Positions 8,529 to 17,370 of a stretch of DNA of 64,000 bases are shown here, piece by piece (the first letter of the stretch is position 1; every line of letters begins with the position of its first letter). The position numbers were made by a program, and so were the translations under genes. The DNA comes from Candidatus Margulisiibacteriota bacterium (GTDB lineage: Bacteria; Margulisbacteria; Termititenacia; Termititenacales; Termititenacaceae): assembly GCA_031274525.1 (NCBI GenBank), contig JAISQA010000025.1:1294-65293 (forward strand), in the 5' to 3' direction. The notes beneath the pieces are model-generated. The model was not told the DNA's origin. It made no database searches and saw only the letters and a program-made list of their open reading frames with translations.

Positions 8529-10095
8529 GCCTTGCTATCGCCTTTCCCATTGCTTTCGCGTTATCCGCCTGCACGTCAGCCTCAATGGCCTGTGCCATTT
8601 GTTGCTGTTGCGCCTCAACTTGCTGTTCGCGAATTTGTTTTATCTCATCAGGGGTACGTATGAATACACCGGGGATACCCATTATATCCATTAAGTATGC
8701 CATTACTTCATCATACTTGAGCACCTGATTAACAATTTGCAGGGAAGGGTCCAGCTGGGTCAGCATCATCAGAGAATTTATAATACTCTGCGCTTCCGAT
8801 GCTTTTAGTTGTTTGGAAAGCTGGGTGTTAACTTTAATTTTAAAAATAACACCGTCAATCTGGGATACATTAAATTCTTTTTCGACAAACCTAAAATCAA
8901 TGAGCACCTCAAAGAGACGGCGCACCAGCGGAAGCACAAACTCACCAATGAGCCGTCCGAATACGGACGACAGATTGCGACGGAGCATATTCATTCGCTC
9001 CGATACCTCGTATGCCGTTCTAGCGGAATACTGACTGTCCGGCGGCAGGGTATTCCCCATCATGGATTGCTTAATGCCAAGCCGCATCTGGTCTATCTTA
9101 TAGCTCTCTACGTTGTGATTAGTCTGGATATTTAGCGGCTGTATGCTGGTTTGCGTGTCGGGCACCGGATTGAGAGCGAATGGAGTAAGCTCAAAGTCGT
9201 CCGGGTCAAGCATTGCGTCTTCCTGCACCAGTAAGGGCGGACAGTTAAACGCAAAAGCGCGCAGGGAATATTCCATGATTTTATTCAGAGACTTAATGTC
9301 ATTGAGCGCCTTCATACCCACGCCGCGCCCGTAAGGTTCCCCGGCGGCTTTATTCCACCGTAAAACAACAAAGGGGTTGGTTTTGGATTTACGCGTTAAT
9401 AAAACCCCGGCTTTTTTCTTATCTACGACATAATAATAATAAATATCCTCATCGTAATCCTTATACACGCACTCGATAATTTCCATTTTGTCTTTACCTT
9501 CAGCTTCACTGACGGCCATATCTTTCAGTTCGCGCCACTGGTGGCGAACAAGCTCTTTTCTCATCGAGAACGTCCTGAATACGCCGCGCACCTCACCGTC
9601 CCGGCCTTCTTCCAAACAATATTCATTGAGCGGAATAGCCCTGAAAACCAGAGGGCTGGTCAGACTGCCCGCGTGAACAAGCATACACGCCGTCCCCGCA
9701 ATCAAATCATAACAAAACTCCGAAAATGCCACATCGAAATTAGAAAGGTTCTTATATTCATTGGCCAGCCCGGAGAGCCTGTCCAGTTCGCGATTAATGT
9801 CATCTCTCTCATTCTCCGGGAAACTATTTCCGGCTTCCAGTTCAATCCACCCGGCATACGGAGGGCAAAGGACTTCCTGCATGGTAGCAACAAATTCGTC
9901 GCCGGCCACCTCGCCCGTGCTATCGAATGATTGAGAGCGGGTATCAGAATACGGGTTGGCGGTATTACCGGGCTTATCGAAACCATTTCTATCGGGCATT
10001 ATATAATCAAAAATTTCACGGTATTTACTATCCCATGATTTTTTAATCCCGGACGCTTTACTCTCTTTATCGATAATATCTTTTGCTGTTAACAT
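8509..10095 (-). CDS. Phage portal protein (T7 gp8-like head-to-tail connector family)
   Basis: 528 aa. ...SARTAYEVSERMNMLRRNLSSVFGRLIGEFVLPLVRRLFEVL... and the C-terminal Q-rich QQVEAQQQQMAQA tail parallel T7 gp8 (...ERVTAEEIRYVASELEDTLGGVYSILSQELQLPLVRVLLKQL, C-terminal QQKMAQQSMQ). Confidence 0.7.
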   Translation of the reverse strand: MLTAKDIIDKESKASGIKKSWDSKYREIFDYIMPDRNGFDKPGNTANPYSDTRSQSFDSTGEVAGDEFVATMQEVLCPPYAGWIELEAGNSFPENERDDINRELDRLSGLANEYKNLSNFDVAFSEFCYDLIAGTACMLVHAGSLTSPLVFRAIPLNEYCLEEGRDGEVRGVFRTFSMRKELVRHQWRELKDMAVSEAEGKDKMEIIECVYKDYDEDIYYYYVVDKKKAGVLLTRKSKTNPFVVLRWNKAAGEPYGRGVGMKALNDIKSLNKIMEYSLRAFAFNCPPLLVQEDAMLDPDDFELTPFALNPVPDTQTSIQPLNIQTNHNVESYKIDQMRLGIKQSMMGNTLPPDSQYSARTAYEVSERMNMLRRNLSSVFGRLIGEFVLPLVRRLFEVLIDFRFVEKEFNVSQIDGVIFKIKVNTQLSKQLKASEAQSIINSLMMLTQLDPSLQIVNQVLKYDEVMAYLMDIMGIPGVFIRTPDEIKQIREQQVEAQQQQMAQAIEADVQADNAKAMGKAIARRAEKQP

Positions 10096-10096
10096 T

Positions 10097-10450
10097 TTAT
10101 CCTAACTGGTTGGTTAATGATGGCATTGGGTAGGGGTTGACGCTTTCCGTTAAACTCGGCGCGCTGGTATAATTGGTCTTATAGTCGGTGATAGTTTGTT
10201 TCCTTTGTTTTAAAATATCCCCCCTGCGGCTTTCTTCCGCCAGTATCATGCTTCTTATGCGGGTAACATAATCATCGTACCGGGACTTAGTAATCCCGAC
10301 ACCGCCCTTGAGGGTAATATTAAAAACGGGTAAATCAAGCTCACGGGCCCTCTCGGTGAGCTCCTGTGCTTCGCCGGTAGGGTTCCATATTACCTCTTTC
10401 TTTTCCCAGTAATAGGTGGGTGGGCTTGATTTATTGTAATGTAATGGCAT
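10097..10450 (-). CDS. Hypothetical phage protein (117 aa) between terL and portal
   Basis: ORF coupled to the portal gene. Confidence 0.4.
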   Translation of the reverse strand: MPLHYNKSSPPTYYWEKKEVIWNPTGEAQELTERARELDLPVFNITLKGGVGITKSRYDDYVTRIRSMILAEESRRGDILKQRKQTITDYKTNYTSAPSLTESVNPYPMPSLTNQLG

Positions 10451-10496
10451 TTTCGTTTTTTATTATATTGCACCAATAAATCTGTCAAGTTTTATT

Positions 10497-11837
10497 TCAG
10501 AAAAATCTACCATTCCACTTCTTGGCTTTAAGTTTAGAAATTTTACTCCCGGACATCTCCATCATAGCAATAAGCGAGAAAGCATCGGCGGCATGGCTCG
10601 TCCAGTCATGAAAAGGAGTATCTTTAAATCTCTGTCTGTTCTCGTCATAGCCCCGGCGGTATTGCTTCAATGCCTCATAACCGGCTTCCGTTGTATCTTT
10701 ATTAAAATACACTCTCGACAAAATAGCCCTTGTGCGCTGTATCGCGCCATAAATATCATTGCGCCTTGGGTAAATCTTTATAGAGCGGCGGCCTAAATTC
10801 TTTAACTGTTGCTCAATTGTAAGGGCTCTGTCCCCGGACGTCATCTGCCTGTGAGCTCCGTCGTGCGGGATATGGTCTGTCTGGTAAAGATAACCTTTCC
10901 CCTGCAAGACGGCAACATAATGACCAAGCGCATACCCGTCATTTTCATAATAATCTATAACCCTTATTTCCTTGTTGATAAACTGGACAAACCAGATAGC
11001 CGTGCTGTCCGAAATGCCTAAATCCCAAAAAGTGTGAACCGGATACCCGGCATCGTGAGGAAACTTACCGTAATTAGTCTGTCTGTACTGGTCTAAAATA
11101 TCGGAATAATAAGAGCCAACCAGCGCACCGGAAAAACTACAGTAATATTCCTGCTGGATAATTTCCTCCATTTTACCCCGGCTTCTTTCCTCCTGGAGCA
11201 TATCCTCTGACACAATCGGCAACCCATTGTCATCAACGGTATCATTAATGGTCTTGAGGTCGGCAAAGTATTTATCGTGATTATTCAGCCATTCGAACAT
11301 ATCCTTGGCATGGTTAGAGCCCCTCGGCGTCGTATTAAAAACAACGAACCCGCGTGTCTCTTTCAGCATCGGCTCAATCGCAAGGTCAAAAAAACTCGGC
11401 TTATGAAGCGCGTATTCGGAAATTATCGCGCCCTGTAAACCGGCCCCCACGCGCTTATCGTACCTGTCGCCGCCAATCAGCGATATAATTGAGCCATTCT
11501 TGAAGTAAATTTTCATGGAATGATCATCAAGACGCTTAACTACTTCTCTGGGAATTAAGTCAAGATAACGCCTGCCGTCCGCGGTTATGCCTTCCCAGAT
11601 AGCATTGCGCGCCTGCTGTGCCTCCGGGAGGGCAAACCAGTAATTGCCAACTTTTTCTATAGCCTTGGCCGCGAGAAATTGCAGGCAAAATAAATCCTTG
11701 CCAGCGCGCCGGTGCCAGACCAGCATCGCCATATATTTCGCATAATGGTCTACGCCTTGATGAAGTTTATTCCAGGCATCTTTCTGGTATTTACGAAATT
11801 TAATTGTCGGAAATTTTATTTCTTTTGAGCTACTCAA
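10497..11837 (-). CDS. terL: Phage terminase large subunit
   Basis: Walker A-like WHRRAGKD near the N-terminus. Size is 446 aa. It overlaps terS by 8 nt and lies upstream of the portal gene. Confidence 0.7.
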   Translation of the reverse strand: MSSSKEIKFPTIKFRKYQKDAWNKLHQGVDHYAKYMAMLVWHRRAGKDLFCLQFLAAKAIEKVGNYWFALPEAQQARNAIWEGITADGRRYLDLIPREVVKRLDDHSMKIYFKNGSIISLIGGDRYDKRVGAGLQGAIISEYALHKPSFFDLAIEPMLKETRGFVVFNTTPRGSNHAKDMFEWLNNHDKYFADLKTINDTVDDNGLPIVSEDMLQEERSRGKMEEIIQQEYYCSFSGALVGSYYSDILDQYRQTNYGKFPHDAGYPVHTFWDLGISDSTAIWFVQFINKEIRVIDYYENDGYALGHYVAVLQGKGYLYQTDHIPHDGAHRQMTSGDRALTIEQQLKNLGRRSIKIYPRRNDIYGAIQRTRAILSRVYFNKDTTEAGYEALKQYRRGYDENRQRFKDTPFHDWTSHAADAFSLIAMMEMSGSKISKLKAKKWNGRFF

Positions 11838-12273
11838 GGTTTTTTTCTATTTTGATAGTAAGCTGGCCGAGTTCCGCATCAACCTTCTCTTTCCATAAGT
11901 CCGGTTGTCTCGTCTTCAGCCAGTAGATTGCGGCTGTAGTGTCCGGCGGAAAATACGCTTTTTTTTCTGTTTTTATTACGCTGCCCTTATGGACAAAAAC
12001 ATCTTCTATTTTTGCATTAAATCCAGTTGCTTTTTTATATAGAGAACTGGCAACTTCCGCGTCCGCCTTTACCCGTCCGGCTTTTATGGCCTCACCAAAC
12101 GCCGGGCGATTTTTTATCCAGTCAAAAATTACACGGTCTTTTACCTCAAAAAAATCTGCTATCCGGGAAACAGTAAAGCCGCCAAGAGCGAGTTTTCTGA
12201 CCTGCTCGGCAAATTCTGGCTTATATTTCTCCACAACATTTCGCAGAGAGCCCTTACCTTTAATTTTTACCAT
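11830..12273 (-). CDS. terS: Putative phage terminase small subunit (HTH-containing)
   Basis: N-terminal HTH (GGFTVSRIADFFEVKDRVIFDWIK). C-terminal AAIYWLKTRQPDLWKEK motif is typical of a TerS family. Position is immediately upstream of terL. Confidence 0.5.
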   Translation of the reverse strand: MVKIKGKGSLRNVVEKYKPEFAEQVRKLALGGFTVSRIADFFEVKDRVIFDWIKNRPAFGEAIKAGRVKADAEVASSLYKKATGFNAKIEDVFVHKGSVIKTEKKAYFPPDTTAAIYWLKTRQPDLWKEKVDAELGQLTIKIEKNLE

Positions 12274-12299
12274 GATTAAAGGTTATCACAACTATAGAT

Positions 12300-12316
12300 T
12301 TGTCAAGTATTGACAA
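12300..12316. promoter_or_regulatory. Perfect palindromic operator-like site TTGTCAA-gta-TTGACAA overlapping the -35 element
   Basis: 7-bp perfect inverted repeat with a 3-bp spacer in the divergent terS / xis-int intergenic region. Confidence 0.5.
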
Positions 12317-12338
12317 CTAATCAGCAGTGTGTTATACT
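12310..12338 (+). promoter_or_regulatory. Consensus sigma70-type promoter (TTGACA-17-TATACT) driving the xis-like/int genes
   Basis: TTGACA at 12310..12315, a 17-nt spacer, TATACT at 12333..12338, then an AAAGGGG RBS and ATG at 12361. Confidence 0.6.
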
Positions 12339-12360
12339 ATAAAAAGAAAGGGGTAAACAA

Positions 12361-12558
12361 ATGGAAGGGAAACGGGGTGGCGCAAGACCTAATTCCGGCG
12401 GTGCGCGGCCGGGTGCAGGAAGAAAAAAGGGCTGGCGAAAGCCGGAGGCAGAACGCAAAACGCGCGTTGTATGGGCCAGGTTACCCGAACCACTTTATGC
12501 CGTCTGGCTGAAACTCGGTGGGGCAACATGGTTAAGGGAGGTGCTGGAAAAACAATAA
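12361..12558 (+). CDS. Small basic protein (65 aa), putative DNA-binding / recombination directionality (Xis-like) factor
   Basis: Gly/Arg/Lys-rich N-terminus (GGARPNSGGARPGAGRKKGWRK). Immediately upstream of the integrase and translationally coupled to it. Confidence 0.35.
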   Translation: MEGKRGGARPNSGGARPGAGRKKGWRKPEAERKTRVVWARLPEPLYAVWLKLGGATWLREVLEKQ

Positions 12559-12580
12559 AAAATTGGTATGGAGGTTATGT

Positions 12581-13588
12581 ATGCTTTTCAAAAAAACTCT
12601 AAAATCCTATGCGGAAAATTTATTCAACCCTAATGGTAAATGGCGGAAAAACCGCGAAAGCAAAGGCTGGAATTTAGTAGATAAGGCTATTGCCGACAAG
12701 AACGCCCTTGTGAGAAATCATATTATTCCACTTTGGGGCAAAAGACAGCCGGATAAAATATCAATAAAAGAGATTAACGAAAAGCTCTACACACTCGACT
12801 TATCCAATGCCACAAAAAATAAAATACTCGTATGTCTCAATGATATTTTCACCTACCTAGCAGAACAGGAATTTATTAAAAGAAATCCAATTGTAGAAAT
12901 TTCCAGATTTTCCGACCGGCCCGTACTTCACCGGGGCGCATTAAGCCCGGAAGAAATAGATATATTATTTCCGCAATCACACGCAGAACTGCTTAAAATA
13001 TGGGGTTCCGAGATGTATGCCTGTGCATTTCTCGTTCTAAAAGATACCGGAATGAGACCGGGAGAATTAAGAGCTCTACGGTGGGGGGATTGGTATCCAG
13101 AGCACAGATTTATCCCGGTAACAAAAGCGATAGAAGCAAGCAAACGCACTAAAATTAAAAGCACAAAAACCGGGACAACAAAACCCGCGATTATTTCAAA
13201 ATTCACGGCGGCGGAACTTAACAATTATCGGGATAAAATTAAAGCCCTTCCCGAAAACTTTATTTTTATTTGCAAAAGTGGTTTACCGGTAAGTGATAGT
13301 ATTTTAAGTAAACGTTTTCGGCGGGGAGCCAGTCGCGCAGGATTAAACAGGCCAGAAGTTACTCCGTACTGGCTTAGATACACGTTTAATACGCGCATGT
13401 TAGAGGTGATGCCAGATGAGACCGTCCGTAAGTTAATGGGGCACGCTACCCCGGCAATGACCAAGCGTTATAGAGATGCGGACATAGCGTCCCTAAAACG
13501 AGAAGCACAAAAAATATCGCCGCTATACCCGGAAAGTTATACCATTACCCCCGCACCTGAAGACCTCCAGCTGGCTTTTGGATTCTAA
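12581..13588 (+). CDS. int: Tyrosine-type site-specific integrase
   Basis: Probable ATG at 12581 with a GGAGG RBS (the track ORF starts at TTG 12563). C-terminal catalytic region has LRHTFNT-like ...LRYTFNTRML... and ...GHATPAMTKRY... It is adjacent to a tRNA gene. Confidence 0.85.
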   Translation: MLFKKTLKSYAENLFNPNGKWRKNRESKGWNLVDKAIADKNALVRNHIIPLWGKRQPDKISIKEINEKLYTLDLSNATKNKILVCLNDIFTYLAEQEFIKRNPIVEISRFSDRPVLHRGALSPEEIDILFPQSHAELLKIWGSEMYACAFLVLKDTGMRPGELRALRWGDWYPEHRFIPVTKAIEASKRTKIKSTKTGTTKPAIISKFTAAELNNYRDKIKALPENFIFICKSGLPVSDSILSKRFRRGASRAGLNRPEVTPYWLRYTFNTRMLEVMPDETVRKLMGHATPAMTKRYRDADIASLKREAQKISPLYPESYTITPAPEDLQLAFGF

Positions 13589-13591
13589 AAA

Positions 13592-13620
13592 CTTGACTCT
13601 CACGGAAAGTCGGTGTACTA
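13592..13620 (+). promoter_or_regulatory. Candidate promoter (TTGACT-17-TACTAT) for tRNA-Pro, supplied by the element's end
   Basis: ttgactctcacggaaagtcggtgtactat lies about 45 nt upstream of the tRNA. Confidence 0.3.
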
Positions 13621-13661
13621 TAACTCCGAATTTCAACAAGGTATTTTTTTAGGTCGGTACT

Positions 13662-13694
13662 CGGTTTCGGGGTGTGGCGCAGCTGGTAGCGTGC
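13662..13694 (+). repeat. attR: 33-bp direct repeat overlapping the 5' end of tRNA-Pro
   Basis: Identical to 6147..6179. Confidence 0.8.
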
Positions 13695-13743
13695 CTGTTT
13701 CGGGTACAGGAGGTCGTCGGTTCGAGCCCGGCCACCCCGACCA
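13668..13743 (+). tRNA. tRNA-Pro (anticodon CGG)
   Basis: CGGGGTGTGGCGCAGCTGGTAGCGTGCCTGTTTCGGGTACAGGAGGTCGTCGGTTCGAGCCCGGCCACCCCGACCA. Acceptor CGGGGTG/CACCCCG, anticodon loop TTCGGGT, T-loop TTCGAGC, encoded CCA. Confidence 0.9.
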
Positions 13744-13950
13744 AATTAAACAAAACTATTTCCCAAAATAGTGGGGGGATATTCCATTCTTCCGAGACTA
13801 AATATACCCTAGTTGCCGTGTGTTTTATAAGAACTTTTTTCGGGTTGATTAAAATAGTCTAATAATTTCCGTATAGACATATTCTGTGTTTCAGCATACA
13901 CTTGGGCCTGTATAGTATTTTTCATTTTTATGCAATCAAATCGTTTTTCT

Positions 13951-14427
13951 TTAGTCGCCGTCATATTTCAATAACTCCCTTGGATTTCTAACCTCAATAA
14001 TAGCATATCCAGATTTAAGATTAACCCCATTATAACCCCTTATTCGGTCTAAATTTACTATATGCTTAAAATTCCAGCTTGCCAATACATCTGCTTTATA
14101 GATTGTTGCCAAAGCAATATGTCTACAATCATCAATACTAGTTTTTCCTACTACTTTCTCCCTAACATATTTATCGGCTAGTTTTATGGCTTCCTCTGTT
14201 AATTCAACATGCTCAAAAGAATTTGGATCATATTTATCTAACAGTGTTAAGACATTTTTCGGGGCTTTTTGTAATTCTTGTTCTAGTACACTTGAAATTA
14301 TAAAAATAACTTCTTTATTTTTCAGTCGTTCAAATAGTGCCTTTGTTTCACTGGCAAACTCGTCGTCAAAATAACCGCCAACTATCGATGTATCGATATA
14401 AATTCTCGTGACCATAGTCTTCTCCAA
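13951..14427 (-). CDS. PIN-domain protein (VapC-like ribonuclease fold), orphan
   Basis: N-terminal ...RIYIDTSIVGGYFDDEF... matches the PIN start with conserved Asp. Later acidic residues (ISSVLEQE, DDCRHIA) are consistent. Low-GC gene between two tRNAs. Confidence 0.6.
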   Translation of the reverse strand: MEKTMVTRIYIDTSIVGGYFDDEFASETKALFERLKNKEVIFIISSVLEQELQKAPKNVLTLLDKYDPNSFEHVELTEEAIKLADKYVREKVVGKTSIDDCRHIALATIYKADVLASWNFKHIVNLDRIRGYNGVNLKSGYAIIEVRNPRELLKYDGD

Positions 14428-14461
14428 TCAGCACAGAAAATCTTTCCACTTTTCAGGACAC

Positions 14462-14537
<76 letters not shown>

Positions 14538-14606
14538 ACAAAGTACTTCATTATATTTTTATCCGGCGTTTTAGGCAAATCTGATATATGCTAAAATTCC
14601 TGTGTT

Positions 14607-16241
14607 ATGTTAATCTCGCTTTACCTTGAGAATTATGCCCTGATCAGCCAGCAGACCATTGAATTTAGCGAGGGATTCAACGTCATTACCGGCGAGACCG
14701 GCGCCGGTAAATCGATCATCGTCAACGCGCTGGCTCTCATCATGGGCGAGCGGGCCTCGACGGATTTTATCAAAGCGGGCAAACAAAGAGCGGTGCTCGA
14801 AGCCGTATTTGACATCCGCGGCCGGCAGCTGGAAGGCTATGCCGCTGAGGAAGTGCTTATTATCACCAGAGAAATATCGCTCAACGGCCGCAATCTGATC
14901 AAAATAAACCACCGCGTCGTCACCCAGAATGAGCTGAAAAAAGTCTCGCGCTATCTGATCGATATTCACGGTCAGCACCAGCATCAGCTCCTTATCGACC
15001 CGGGCAATCATCTGGAAATACTTGACCTTTTCACGCAGGCCGGACTGCGCACGGACTGCCGGCTGGCTTTTCAGGAGTACCACACGCTGAAAAAAGAACA
15101 CGATCTGCTCCTGCAAAGCCGCGATCTGCGGCAGGAAGAAAAAGACTTTCTGGGTTTTCAGCTGAGCGAGCTGGAAGCAGCGGAATTGCAGCCGCGCGAA
15201 TACACGGAACTCCAGACGGAAAAAAGCCGGCTGGATTCTTTTACGGAGATAGCCGAAGCCATTCACAGTGTGGCCGGCAAAACCGCCGACACGCAGAATG
15301 ATCTGCGTGCCAATAAACACAAGCTGGGACAGGTAGCCGCTAAAGAAACCGCCCTGCAGGCGCTGGCGGACAAAGCCGAAGCGCTGGAGCTGGATTTTGA
15401 GGATTTTCGCGAAAACCTGAGCGCTTACGCAAATCAACTGGAATTTTCGCCGGCGCGGCTGAATGAAATAAACGAGCGGCTGGATCTGCTGAACAAACTG
15501 AAACGCAAGCATCTCAAGCAGCTTGAGGCAGAAGATATCGCCGACCTGCTTATCAAAAAACGGGATCAGCTGCGGGCCCTGCTGTCCGGGCTGGAAGACA
15601 CCGACGAGCATCTGGCCGCGCTGCAAAAAAATCTGGAGCGCGCGGAAGAAACTTATCTGGCTAAGGCCGGGGAGCTATCCCGGCACCGGCAGGAAACCGC
15701 CGGTCAGCTGGAGACCCGGATCAGCGCCGCCCTGCGCGCGCTGCGTATGCCCCATGTCCAGTTCAAAATCAATTTTACACCGAGCGCCTACGCCGCGGAC
15801 GGTCTGGACGCCGTGGAATTTCTGATCTCCGCCAATGCCGGTGAACCGCTCAAGCCGCTGGCCAGAATAGCTTCCGGCGGCGAGCTTTCCCGGGTAATGC
15901 TGGCTATCCGCAAAATACTGGCCGAACACGAACAAAGCTCCTCCATGATCTTTGACGAGATAGACGCCGGTATCGGCGGCGAGACCGCGCTGGCGATCGC
16001 CGAGGCCATTCAGGCCATTGCCACCAGACATCAGGTCATCTGCATCACGCATCTGGCGCAAATCGCGGCCAGAGCCAGCTATCATCTGCGGGTGGCCAAA
16101 TCCAGCGCGGAAAACACCACGACCGTGACGGTCACTCCGCTGCGCAAAGCGGAGCGCGAGCTGGAAATCACCCGCATGCTGTCCGGAAAAATGACCGAAA
16201 GTTCCGCCGCGCACGCGCAGGAATTACTGGAGCAGCTTTAA
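14607..16241 (+). CDS. recN: DNA repair protein RecN
   Basis: MLISLYLENYALI start. Walker A GETGAGKS. Long coiled-coil middle region. C-terminal SGGELSRVMLAI signature and DEIDAGIGG Walker B. Confidence 0.9.
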   Translation: MLISLYLENYALISQQTIEFSEGFNVITGETGAGKSIIVNALALIMGERASTDFIKAGKQRAVLEAVFDIRGRQLEGYAAEEVLIITREISLNGRNLIKINHRVVTQNELKKVSRYLIDIHGQHQHQLLIDPGNHLEILDLFTQAGLRTDCRLAFQEYHTLKKEHDLLLQSRDLRQEEKDFLGFQLSELEAAELQPREYTELQTEKSRLDSFTEIAEAIHSVAGKTADTQNDLRANKHKLGQVAAKETALQALADKAEALELDFEDFRENLSAYANQLEFSPARLNEINERLDLLNKLKRKHLKQLEAEDIADLLIKKRDQLRALLSGLEDTDEHLAALQKNLERAEETYLAKAGELSRHRQETAGQLETRISAALRALRMPHVQFKINFTPSAYAADGLDAVEFLISANAGEPLKPLARIASGGELSRVMLAIRKILAEHEQSSSMIFDEIDAGIGGETALAIAEAIQAIATRHQVICITHLAQIAARASYHLRVAKSSAENTTTVTVTPLRKAERELEITRMLSGKMTESSAAHAQELLEQL

Positions 16242-17348
16242 AACTGCGCCGGCGTTTTGCGCCAGAATATTGCGGGCCGCCAGTTTTTGCCGCAGGGCCA
16301 GAAAATCCTTTTTAATTTTTCGTATTTTCTTTTTGTCGTATAAAGTCTGCCTCAGCAGTTTATACAAAGCCGGAGCATTGACCCCGCGCTGGATGCGCTC
16401 CGGCATGATCGCTTTGCCGGTCAGCATATTGGGCAGGGCTTTGTATTTCGGCACTTTCGCACCCAGCAGTCTGGACACCAGCCAGTAAGAGAACGGCGGG
16501 AATTTATAGACAGCGATGATCGGCGTGCCCAGCAAAGCCGCCTCTAATGTAATCGTCCCGGTCGAGGAGACAATAATATCCGCGGCACGCATCGCGGCGT
16601 AATTTTCCTTAAATAACACCGGAATATTTTTAACCGCCTGGAGCCGGGCGCGGCAATACGCGCTGGCCGCCACCAGGACAAACTGCTCGCGGCCGCGGGA
16701 AAGTCCGGTCATTTCCCTGAAAATCGGCAGGAGATTGTCCAGCTCCTGTTTGCGGCTGCCGGGAAAAAGCGCGACCAGCGGTTTGGCGGTGGAGAGTTTA
16801 TGTCTGCGGCGAAAAGCGGACGGGGCCACTCTGGTTTTGACGATCTCGCTCAAAGGATGGCCGTTGTACACGCTGTGCGCGCCCAGCTTCCGGTAAAATT
16901 TATGTTCGCCGGGAAAGATCGAAATTATCAGGTCGCAGAGCTCCGCCACTTTCCGGCCGCCCGCCGGCGTGCCCCAGAGCCATTCCTGTGGCGAGATATA
17001 ATACACGACCGGCAGCCCCCGGCTTTTAGCATACCGTGCCAGCGGCAGATGAAACCCCTGCCCGTCCACGCAGAGGAATAGATCAAATTTATTTTTCCGC
17101 AGATATTTTTTCGCCCGCGCCAGCGTCCGCAGATAAGCCGGCAGATGGCGCAGCGGTTCAATGATGCCCACTGTGCTGCGTTTCGTCAGGTCGGTAAAAA
17201 CCTGCACACCCTCCGCCCGCAGCGCTTCGCTGCCGATGCCGAAAAAAGCCAGTCCCCGGCGCTTTTGTTTTAAGGCCCGCACCAGACTGGCCGCGTGCAG
17301 ATCGCCGGAAGTTTCTATGGCGCTGATGAATATTCTTTTAGTCTCCAT
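16224..17348 (-). CDS. lpxB: Lipid-A-disaccharide synthase
   Basis: N-terminal IFISAIETSGDLHAASL (LpxB GT19 signature). 374 aa. Confidence 0.85.
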   Translation of the reverse strand: METKRIFISAIETSGDLHAASLVRALKQKRRGLAFFGIGSEALRAEGVQVFTDLTKRSTVGIIEPLRHLPAYLRTLARAKKYLRKNKFDLFLCVDGQGFHLPLARYAKSRGLPVVYYISPQEWLWGTPAGGRKVAELCDLIISIFPGEHKFYRKLGAHSVYNGHPLSEIVKTRVAPSAFRRRHKLSTAKPLVALFPGSRKQELDNLLPIFREMTGLSRGREQFVLVAASAYCRARLQAVKNIPVLFKENYAAMRAADIIVSSTGTITLEAALLGTPIIAVYKFPPFSYWLVSRLLGAKVPKYKALPNMLTGKAIMPERIQRGVNAPALYKLLRQTLYDKKKIRKIKKDFLALRQKLAARNILAQNAGAVLKLLQ

Positions 17349-17370
17349 GGTTTTCCTTAATAATTATACG

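Larger units (their letters stand above)
6147..13694. mobile_element. tRNA-Pro-associated integrative element (prophage remnant or phage-satellite-like island, ~7.5 kb, low GC)
   Basis: Bounded by perfect 33-bp direct repeats. Contains int, a small basic Xis-like ORF, terS, terL, portal and a scaffold-like gene. Base composition is distinct from the flanks. Confidence 0.75.

Noticed and set aside
13674-13862. 62-aa ORF on the plus strand
   Set aside because: It is the tRNA-Pro sequence itself, translated.
14540-14606. LexA/SOS box upstream of recN
   Set aside because: No CTGT-N8-ACAG or GAAC-N4-GTTC match found in the leader.
14610-15626. 338-aa antisense ORF inside recN, with similar long antisense ORFs inside GH116 (27505..28869), bamA (57298..58809), tyrS (21730..22977), the OMP (17890..18852) and the tamB-like gene (62397..62993)
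   Set aside because: High-GC genes routinely keep the opposite strand open. These ORFs lack RBS or motifs, and the sense-strand genes have clear conserved signatures.
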